Below, one piece after another: positions 1 through 6,111 of a stretch of 32,000 bases of DNA. The position numbers and the translations under genes were made by a program. Source of the stretch: Candidatus Saccharimonadota bacterium (GTDB lineage Bacteria; Patescibacteriota; Microgenomatia; UBA1406; GWC2-37-13). The notes beneath the pieces were generated by a model. It ran no database searches. It was not told where the DNA came from and saw nothing but the letters and a program-made list of their open reading frames with translations. The stretch lies in NCBI GenBank assembly GCA_016699265.1, contig CP064967.1:240001-272000 (forward strand), in the 5' to 3' direction. How positions within the stretch are numbered: position 1 is the first letter of the stretch; each line of letters starts with the position of its first letter.

Positions 1-284
1 CCTATGAATATCTAGTAAAAAATGATAAAAGCGAGGTCTTTAATTTAGGAACAGGAACCGGCAACAGCGTACTACAGGTAATAAATGAGATAAAGCGAGT
101 GATGGGTGTTGATTTTCCTGTTGCTGACTCAGCACAAAGACGAATTGGTGAAGTTGCACAAATTTTTGCGAACTACTCGAAGGCAAAGTCACTTCTTGGC
201 TGGGAGCCAACCCACTCACTAGAGCAAAGCATTAAGACGCTCGCAAAGTTCTATAAAGATCATCCAAACGGTTGGAATCATTAG
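1..284 (+). CDS. galE: UDP-glucose 4-epimerase family (GalE-type SDR), C-terminal fragment; 5' end outside the window
   Basis: Frame 3 is open from the window edge to TAG 282-284. Translation YEYLVKNDKSEVFNLGTGTGNSVLQVINEIKRVMGVDFPV...YSKAKSLLGWEPTHSLEQSIK carries the FNLGTG..S and A...LGW.P blocks typical of GalE C-termini. Confidence 0.8.
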   Translation, partial: YEYLVKNDKSEVFNLGTGTGNSVLQVINEIKRVMGVDFPVADSAQRRIGEVAQIFANYSKAKSLLGWEPTHSLEQSIKTLAKFYKDHPNGWNH

Positions 285-351
285 TCTTTCTACATCGTTC
301 CCGACAGGACCTTCCTATAGGCAGACAGGCGTGAGGACGACTAAGTTTCTC

Positions 352-693
352 TTAGTCGCTTTTTTTCATTGAGTTTAAGAAGCCTCCGACGATTGACAGA
401 GTGATACTGAATAGAAGAGCGGGCCAAAATCCATTCACCGAAAACCCAGGCACAATGTTTCCCGCAAGTATTACCAATCCTGCGTTTATGATGAGTGTAA
501 AAAGTCCGAGCGTAAGAATGGTTATGGGAAGAGTAAGAAGAATAAGAATTGGTTTGATAACGGTATTAAGAATTCCAAGAACTACTGCTAGAATAACTGC
601 GGTATAAAGATCGGCTACGTGGATTCCAGGGATTATATATGAGGAAATGAGAACAGCGGCGGTACTAATAAATAGATTTACAACAAGTCCCAT
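352..693 (-). CDS. small 4-TM membrane protein, phage-holin-IV / YvlD (DUF360)-like
   Basis: 113-aa ORF that is almost entirely hydrophobic (about four helices). The pattern IIPGI.V....TA...A.VLG.LN...KPIL..LTLP...LTLGLF..IIN resembles the YvlD/holin superfamily IV fold as I recall it. Confidence 0.6.
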   Translation of the reverse strand: MGLVVNLFISTAAVLISSYIIPGIHVADLYTAVILAVVLGILNTVIKPILILLTLPITILTLGLFTLIINAGLVILAGNIVPGFSVNGFWPALLFSITLSIVGGFLNSMKKSD

Positions 694-723
694 ACCGTCA
701 ATTTATCATAAATTTTGTTATTT

Positions 724-732
724 TGCTATAAT
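724..732 (+). promoter_or_regulatory. extended -10 box TGcTATAAT directly upstream of the nucleotidyltransferase gene
   Basis: TG at 724-725 and TATAAT at 727-732. Only 6 nt separate the hexamer from ATG 739, which implies a leaderless or near-leaderless transcript. Confidence 0.4.
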
Positions 733-738
733 CTCTGA

Positions 739-1500
739 ATGTCTGGTGCTCATGTTGCCGCTATTATTTTAGCCGCAGGTAAAGGAACGCGAATGAAATC
801 AACCACCGAAAATAAGGTTGCTCTCCCCTTTCATGGTAAGCCAATTATCAAGTACGCAGTCGAGGTAATGCAGTCTGTAGCGTCTGAGGTCGTAGTTGTC
901 GTGGGTTCTTTGGCCGAGACGGTGAAAATCTCACTTGAGGGTATGAAAGTTACTTATGCCTATCAAGCAGATCAACTTGGGACCGGCCATGCGCTTCAGG
1001 TTGGATTCAAGGAACTGGAAATCAAAAAGCCGGATATGATCCTTGTTGGATACGGGGACCACATGATGTTTTATAAATCTGCAAGGTTGAATGATTTGGT
1101 TGCACTTCACCAAAATGAGGGAGCTTCTTTGTCGTTGTTGACAGCAATATACGACGATCCAAATAGTCTTGCTTGGGCAAGAGTACTAAGAAATGAAAAA
1201 AAAGAGGTTATCGGATTAGCTGAGCAGAAAGATGCGACAGATGACCAGCGAAGTATTCAAGAAATTAATCCTGGAATGTACTGTTTTAGTTATGATTTTC
1301 TTGAGGAATACCTCCCACAGATTACAAAGTCAGCGGTAACTCAAGAGTACTATCTTACCGAACTTCTGGAGCTCGCATATGATCATGGAAAGAAGATCGT
1401 CGCGCTTCCCGTACCATTTGAGGAAGTAGGAATTGGAATCAATCGACCTGAGGAGCTTGATAAGAGCCAAAATCTTTATAATAAGGTAAGTAAGTCTTAG
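739..1500 (+). CDS. sugar-1-phosphate nucleotidyltransferase, GlmU N-terminal (UDP-GlcNAc pyrophosphorylase) type, without the C-terminal acetyltransferase domain
   Basis: 253 aa with LAAGKGTRMKS, YQADQLGTGHA, INPGMY and QEYYLTE motifs, as in the GlmU pyrophosphorylase domain. The ORF stops at the point where the left-handed beta-helix domain would begin. Confidence 0.75.
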   Translation: MSGAHVAAIILAAGKGTRMKSTTENKVALPFHGKPIIKYAVEVMQSVASEVVVVVGSLAETVKISLEGMKVTYAYQADQLGTGHALQVGFKELEIKKPDMILVGYGDHMMFYKSARLNDLVALHQNEGASLSLLTAIYDDPNSLAWARVLRNEKKEVIGLAEQKDATDDQRSIQEINPGMYCFSYDFLEEYLPQITKSAVTQEYYLTELLELAYDHGKKIVALPVPFEEVGIGINRPEELDKSQNLYNKVSKS

Positions 1501-1973
1501 CTTCCATTTTTCTCGAAGTACTCCACTAGTTCGTTTGCATAGTCCAGTCTTTCACTTGGTAAGGAAATTCGTACATTACTCATGTTCTCAAGCAACTTGT
1601 CATCTTTATATCTAGGGAAGATGTGCATATGATAATGTAACGCGTGTTGTCCTCCGTCAGGTTCATTGTTCTGTTGTAAGGTAATTCCCTCACACTTTCT
1701 AAGATCTTTTAAAGCAACTGCAACACGTTTTGCAATCTTCATTATTTGCTGATCTACCTCAGCAGGCATATCGTAGAAGTTTTCATAATGCACATTGGGA
1801 AATATGATTACGTGCCCTGGGTTATTTCCTACAAACTTGGAGTTGATAGCAGCGCTGACGAGATCGTCTTTGTAAAAAATATCATCCTGCATCATCATAG
1901 TATCTTCACTTTCGATTCCCGAAATAGAGATACACAGAGGACATTTGTAATTGTCTGGAGCATGGTTGTGCAT
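1497..1973 (-). CDS. HIT (histidine triad) family nucleotide hydrolase/transferase
   Basis: 158 aa with the histidine triad HALHYHMHIFPR near the C-terminus and a CxxC near the N-terminus. Its 3' end overlaps the convergent gene by 4 nt. Confidence 0.8.
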   Translation of the reverse strand: MHNHAPDNYKCPLCISISGIESEDTMMMQDDIFYKDDLVSAAINSKFVGNNPGHVIIFPNVHYENFYDMPAEVDQQIMKIAKRVAVALKDLRKCEGITLQQNNEPDGGQHALHYHMHIFPRYKDDKLLENMSNVRISLPSERLDYANELVEYFEKNGS

Positions 1974-1990
1974 ATTTGAAGGGTGAAAAC

Positions 1991-2064
1991 TGGAGCGGGA
2001 TGGGGGAATCGAACCCCCAATCTCACTTTGGAAAAGTGATGTTATACCACTTAACTAATCCCGC
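1991..2064 (-). tRNA. trnW: tRNA-Trp (anticodon CCA), with genomically encoded 3' CCA
   Basis: The reverse complement reads GCGGGATTAGTTAAGTGGTATAACATCACTTTTCCAAAGTGAGATTGGGGGTTCGATTCCCCCATCCCGCTCCA. It has a 7-bp acceptor stem GCGGGAT/ATCCCGC, an anticodon stem CACTT/AAGTG with loop TTCCAAA (CCA), and a T-arm GGGGG-TTCGATT-CCCCC. Confidence 0.9.
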
Positions 2065-2075
2065 ATTAGATATAT

Positions 2076-2084
2076 ATTATACCA
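2076..2084 (-). promoter_or_regulatory. extended -10 box TGGTATAAT upstream of tRNA-Trp
   Basis: The reverse complement of 2076-2084 is TGGTATAAT. The hexamer ends 11 nt before the mature tRNA 5' end at 2064. Confidence 0.45.
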
Positions 2085-2094
2085 AAGAGCATCG

Positions 2095-2113
2095 TAGTAG
2101 GGTCTTGCTACTA
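2095..2113 (-). terminator. small hairpin between the 92-aa ORF and the tRNA promoter (weak terminator candidate)
   Basis: TAGTAG (2095-2100) and CTACTA (2108-2113) form a 6-bp stem with a 7-nt loop. On the minus strand it is followed by CGATGCTCTTT, which is only a weak U tract. Confidence 0.25.
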
Positions 2114-2139
2114 TCATTGGACGATGAGGCAGGCTAAGC

Positions 2140-2418
2140 TTATCTTGTTCTATCTCTATCAAACAACGCTCTTCGAAGCGTTTGGTTCTTACCGTGTAGC
2201 GTATCGAGCCTTTTATTTAAAACCCTTAATTCATCTACGGCCCGAGCCTTTACCGCTTTAGGAACGTGGGTTAGATTAGCTAGTTTATTTGCAAGATCTA
2301 ATCTACCGTTCGTTCTAAAGATCTGGCGGGAGTTTATCCTAAATTTGGTAACAAGAATAGGATTGCGGATAAAGGATGCTTTTTCCTGACTTGGAGTTGG
2401 CCTTTGCCTTTCTGTCAT
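2140..2418 (-). CDS. hypothetical small, very basic protein (92 aa); coding status uncertain
   Basis: It is the only ORF of 60 aa or more in the 2070-2500 gap. It is Arg/Lys-rich and I recognise no family motif. The region is visibly more GC-rich than its surroundings and contains palindromes (AGATCT...AGATCT, AACGCT...AGCGTT), so an ncRNA cannot be excluded. Confidence 0.3.
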   Translation of the reverse strand: MTERQRPTPSQEKASFIRNPILVTKFRINSRQIFRTNGRLDLANKLANLTHVPKAVKARAVDELRVLNKRLDTLHGKNQTLRRALFDRDRTR

Positions 2419-2488
2419 TTTTCTATTATAGCTTTGAAATTGTCAATATCAAGCCAGAGTAACAACTGCACAACCAAAAAGAATTGGA

Positions 2489-2494
2489 TACAAT
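2489..2494 (+). promoter_or_regulatory. -10-like TACAAT 9 nt upstream of ATG 2504
   Basis: TACAAT at 2489-2494 with no Shine-Dalgarno-like purine run between the box and the ATG. Confidence 0.3.
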
Positions 2495-2503
2495 ACAAGT
2501 TAT

Positions 2504-3883
2504 ATGAGTTTAGATAAAAAAGCAATATTGCTAATTACCCTCGCGTTTTTGGCTAGAGTTATAAATCTAAATCAATCACTCTGGCTTGATGAAACAACTA
2601 CTGCCAATGTCGTAATGAGGTATGGATACTTAGATATTATTACAAAGTTTTCTCCTCACGACTTTCATCCCCCACTTTATTATTTATTTGTAAAATTTTG
2701 GACGAATATATTTGGTTACTCGGAAATAGCTCTGAGAATGCCGTCGGTAATCGCTTCGCTTTTGACTGGGTGGGTTGTATACCAGATAGTCGTAAAGTCT
2801 ATAAGGTCTATAAAGTCCGTAAAGTCGACTGCGATTTGGGCAGCTGCTTTTTTTCTATTCAATCCCCTTGTAGTTTACTACTCGCAGGAAGCGAGAATGT
2901 ATGCGATCGTAACGCTCCTGGTCACATTAATTTTCTGGAGCGTTACAAAGTTACCCTTCGGCTCCGCTCAGGGCAAGCTGGTTACAAGTTACAAGTTTAA
3001 AGCTAGGCACATAATTTTGGCTAATATTTTTATCGCACTATCGCTGGCCACATTTTATGGCTCGATATTTTTTATAGCATCTTTATATCTCTATTTAGTT
3101 TTAAAGAAAGAATTCAAATTACTGACGTATCTGTTACCTGGAACAGTGCTTGCTTCGACAATTCTCTCCCCTCTTTTTATAGTTCAGCTAAAAAATTCTG
3201 GAGAGGTTTTAAAGGCTATTCCTAATTGGTCGCTGACCCTAGGTAAAGCAAATCTCAAGAATTTATTTTTGATTCCAATAAAGCTTACAAGTGGTCGCAT
3301 TAGTTTTGAACCAAAGTGGCTATATTATGGGATTTCTGGCGTTTGGGTTGCTTATATCGGATATTGGTTAGCGCAATTAGGGTTACAAACAAAAAAGTAC
3401 GATCAATATTTTTTCTATCTTAAAATGCCTGTGTTTTTAGGATTTGCAATCTCTTTTTATAAGCCACTATTACAGTACTTCAGATTTATCTACATACTTC
3501 CTTTTTTTTCGATGTTGCTCGCAGTCGCTATTTATAAAAGCTGGCATCGATACCTGATGGTTGGAGGTTTCATTGTTTTTTCGCTAATCTATCTATTAGG
3601 ACCTTCATTTCATAGAGAAGATTGGAAATCTTTGGTTGCAGATCTTCCGTCAAACCATGTCTGCTCACTCCCCTCGTCATTTGATCCGCTTCATTACTAC
3701 AACTCTAAACTCATAACTAGTGATGCACGATCATGCACGACTAGTAAAGGTGATGTCATAGTTGTACCATACGCAGAGGAGATTTACGGCTTTGATACTA
3801 CAGCATATATGAAGCAGAAAAAATACATATTGAGTAAGGAAGTTTCATTTAGAGGCGTTGAGTATCAGATATGGAAAAGATAA
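2504..3883 (+). CDS. GT-C fold, lipid-carrier-dependent membrane glycosyltransferase (ArnT/PMT_2, GT39/83-like)
   Basis: 459-aa polytopic protein. The N-terminal pattern LARVINLNQSLWLDETTTA places the acidic DE motif in the first extracytoplasmic loop after TM1, followed by about 10 hydrophobic helices and a soluble C-terminal tail. Confidence 0.75.
   Translation: MSLDKKAILLITLAFLARVINLNQSLWLDETTTANVVMRYGYLDIITKFSPHDFHPPLYYLFVKFWTNIFGYSEIALRMPSVIASLLTGWVVYQIVVKSIRSIKSVKSTAIWAAAFFLFNPLVVYYSQEARMYAIVTLLVTLIFWSVTKLPFGSAQGKLVTSYKFKARHIILANIFIALSLATFYGSIFFIASLYLYLVLKKEFKLLTYLLPGTVLASTILSPLFIVQLKNSGEVLKAIPNWSLTLGKANLKNLFLIPIKLTSGRISFEPKWLYYGISGVWVAYIGYWLAQLGLQTKKYDQYFFYLKMPVFLGFAISFYKPLLQYFRFIYILPFFSMLLAVAIYKSWHRYLMVGGFIVFSLIYLLGPSFHREDWKSLVADLPSNHVCSLPSSFDPLHYYNSKLITSDARSCTTSKGDVIVVPYAEEIYGFDTTAYMKQKKYILSKEVSFRGVEYQIWKR
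2792..2827. repeat. four tandem 9-bp units (GTAAAGTCT / ATAAGGTCT / ATAAAGTCC / GTAAAGTCG) inside the GT-C gene
   Basis: Read directly from the sequence. The units are in frame and encode VKSIRSIKSVKS in a predicted loop. Confidence 0.85.
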
Positions 3884-5307
3884 GAAAATTTATTCCCGAG
3901 GTTCTTTTTTTTGCGTATGTTCTATTATTAAACACCTACAAACTTTTTAGTAGTAGCAACTTCAATCCCGATATGGGGAGGGACATGATGTGGATCTGGG
4001 ACATCATTCATGGAACATTTACTCTTCTTGGGCCGAAGCTATCTTTTGGTGGCTATTATCTAGGTCCGTATTACTATTACATCTTCGCTCCGTTTGTTTA
4101 CCTAACTCAAAATTGGCCATATGGTCTGGTTGCAAGCAATGCGGTTTTCTCTGCCATCTTAACAACTACAATTTTTTATGTCCTTAGGAAAAATCATGGA
4201 ACGGTGTTTGCTGGACTAGGTAGTGTCTGGATCAGCATTACTCCTTATTTCTTATTTTCGGCTCGTAATCCAGGAAATGCGTATTCATATATTGCTGCAT
4301 TGTTTCTGCAGTCAATACTATTCCTATACCTCAAAAAAAATAGAGCCTTCTATGTCTATATGGGACTAATGTCTGGTCTTATTCTCAACTTCCATCCTGC
4401 ATCGGTTTTTTTACTTGCTCCTTTCTTTCTCGCATCATTTACCAAGGTTAAACCAAAAGAAGTTTTGATTAGGTTTGGATTATTCTGTCTGGCAGCGGCT
4501 ATGCTATTCTCCCCACTAGTCTTTTTTGAGCTGAGACACAACTTTATCATGTTCACAAATACTTTTATAACAAAGTCCTACTCTGCATTTCTGAGTGCGA
4601 ACAGTCCTGCATCGATGATGAAGGCTTCCCCAAACTATTTAATTAGCTTTTTTCAGATCGATAACTTTTTATCTAAGTGGATAACTCCAACGGTTGCGGT
4701 TCTCCTATTTTTGTCAGCTGCAACTGCCTTTATCTCAAAGGATGTAAAGGCGAAACGTGCGACGTATTTGCTGATATCGGTAGTTGTAATCTTTAATCTA
4801 GCTCTTAGGTATCAGGTCGCATTCCACTATGCTTTCCCACTCTTGATTGGGGTCCAGAGTCTTTTTATTTATGTGATAGGTAGAGTTAAAGCGAGATTTT
4901 GGTACCCAACACTTATGGTGATTGTTATTTGGTCGATGTTACTTTTCCCGAAATCAAACTACGCTGACGCATATCGTCCGTTTGAGAGACTGTACGCAAA
5001 TACTTCGATTGCTGTTAAGAAAATGCCACTGGATAGCTCGAGCATTAGCGTTGCATACTTTGCGCATAATCCTATGGCAACCTTAGGTTATGAATACCGC
5101 TACATCCTTAAGCTTCTGGGACACAAGGTTATGGGAGAGCAAGAGTACTCAATTTCAGAAAGACTTCTTGTGGTATCAGAGGAAGGTGAGCTTGACTTTA
5201 GATCTTTGAAAACATGGGAGCTTGATCAATTTGAACCCAAGCAGATGATATCTTCAAACTCTGCTGGTGAGACAATATTCTACCTCTTCAAAAAATCAGA
5301 TAAGTGA
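3871..5307 (+). CDS. polytopic membrane protein, probable second GT-C-type glycosyltransferase or polymerase
   Basis: 478 aa that overlaps the upstream GT-C gene by 13 nt. It has an acidic loop motif (NPDMGRDMMW) after TM1, more than 10 hydrophobic helices and a soluble C-terminal domain of about 110 aa. I recognise no precise family. Confidence 0.55.
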   Translation: MEKIRKFIPEVLFFAYVLLLNTYKLFSSSNFNPDMGRDMMWIWDIIHGTFTLLGPKLSFGGYYLGPYYYYIFAPFVYLTQNWPYGLVASNAVFSAILTTTIFYVLRKNHGTVFAGLGSVWISITPYFLFSARNPGNAYSYIAALFLQSILFLYLKKNRAFYVYMGLMSGLILNFHPASVFLLAPFFLASFTKVKPKEVLIRFGLFCLAAAMLFSPLVFFELRHNFIMFTNTFITKSYSAFLSANSPASMMKASPNYLISFFQIDNFLSKWITPTVAVLLFLSAATAFISKDVKAKRATYLLISVVVIFNLALRYQVAFHYAFPLLIGVQSLFIYVIGRVKARFWYPTLMVIVIWSMLLFPKSNYADAYRPFERLYANTSIAVKKMPLDSSSISVAYFAHNPMATLGYEYRYILKLLGHKVMGEQEYSISERLLVVSEEGELDFRSLKTWELDQFEPKQMISSNSAGETIFYLFKKSDK

Positions 5308-6111
5308 TTTGATTAGTCCAGAAATATTTCTGAGACGCTCGGCTACAATCGATCCAAAGTGTTTGGCAAGCATCTCTCTGGTCCAGTGCTTGGATAACAA
5401 CAAGTACCAGTTTTTGGTATCGAGCCAAGCTTTTCTTGTTTTCATTGAGGATGATGTTACTTGTCCGTGATGAACTACAAAAACATTTGTTGTGGTACCG
5501 AATTTTTTTCCTTTCTCCTTCGCGGTCATAAAGAGATCCACATCCTCAAGATATGCGAAGAATCTTTCGTCAAAGCCTTTGAGTGAGAAAAAGTCATCAG
5601 TCTTTATCACAAGTGCGGCCGCCGTGAGACCGTCCACTGATTCGTGTATCGTAGATCGCGAATCGTGTAGCGCAAGCTTAATCTTGCCTTGCGGGAGGAC
5701 TTTATACCCGATGTTTTCCAACGAACCGTCAGGCTTTTTCAGAAGTGGCGTTGTGGCGAACCATTTTTTATGCTCCATAGTCTTCAGGCACTCCTCTACC
5801 CAATCGGAAGTAAAACGTATGTCGTCGTTTAGAAAAATGAGATGCTCGGGACCAAAATGTTCTCTCGCTGCTTTTGCACCGTCGTTGCAGGCCTTTGCAA
5901 ACCCAGTGTTGCGATTCTGGTCTAGAGTAATTATCTGCAAAGATGAAGAAGCGTCGATGTTGATAATAGGAGTCGTATCGTTATTCACGATTATTACGTG
6001 AGCATTTGAATATTCACGTTGAATGTCACCAAGCACCGCAACAAGACCATCTCTATTACTAAGAGTCGGAATGATGAAGGCGAACTTAGTTCTCGAGCTT
6101 TTTGTATTCAT
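5296..6111 (-). CDS. family 2 glycosyltransferase (GT-A fold)
   Basis: Motifs FAFIIPTLSNRD, VIIVNNDT, NTGFAKACNDGA, the FLNDD (DxD) motif and FAYLEDVDL. I place the start at ATG 6111 (MNTKSSRTKFAFIIPT) rather than the track's 6189, because the extra 26 codons lie inside the upstream flippase gene. Confidence 0.8.
   Translation of the reverse strand: MNTKSSRTKFAFIIPTLSNRDGLVAVLGDIQREYSNAHVIIVNNDTTPIINIDASSSLQIITLDQNRNTGFAKACNDGAKAAREHFGPEHLIFLNDDIRFTSDWVEECLKTMEHKKWFATTPLLKKPDGSLENIGYKVLPQGKIKLALHDSRSTIHESVDGLTAAALVIKTDDFFSLKGFDERFFAYLEDVDLFMTAKEKGKKFGTTTNVFVVHHGQVTSSSMKTRKAWLDTKNWYLLLSKHWTREMLAKHFGSIVAERLRNISGLIKSLI

Noticed and set aside
285-351. A bidirectional intrinsic terminator in the galE/holin-like convergent spacer.
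   Set aside because: The GC-rich stretch contains direct repeats (CGACAGG / AGACAGG) and only a 4-bp palindrome (CCTATAGG). I could not find a stable inverted repeat followed by a T tract on either strand.
401-607. Many ORFs of 60-170 aa in the track lie antisense to, or out of frame within, longer genes. Examples are 401-607, 931-1113, 1746-1979, 2698-3000, 3990-4187, 4356-4556, 5492-6001, 6986-7207, 8132-8369, 11540-11749, 13284-13469, 14692-15395, 18829-19071, 19352-19648, 19925-20439, 21203-21679, 22070-22292, 22607-22801, 23080-23298, 23870-24174, 24519-24710, 26826-27026, 27461-27670, 29826-30329, 31289-31483 and 31649-31951.
   Set aside because: Each is fully embedded in a longer ORF that carries recognisable family motifs. 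Their translations are low-complexity or Arg/Ser/Cys-rich, as expected for shadow frames of AT-rich genes. None has a motif I recognise.
1991-2064. Alternative genetic code (UGA read as Gly or Trp, as in some uncultivated lineages).
   Set aside because: Several long, motif-complete genes end at TGA (for example at 17292, 29199 and 13223). None of the frame breaks is explained by an in-frame TGA. The tRNA-Trp anticodon is CCA, not UCA.
1991-2500. tRNA-Trp as an integration site for a genomic island that begins with the glycan genes.
   Set aside because: I found no integrase, recombinase or transposase ORF anywhere in the window, and no second copy of the tRNA 3' end that would mark an att site. 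Glycan genes occur on both sides of the tRNA.
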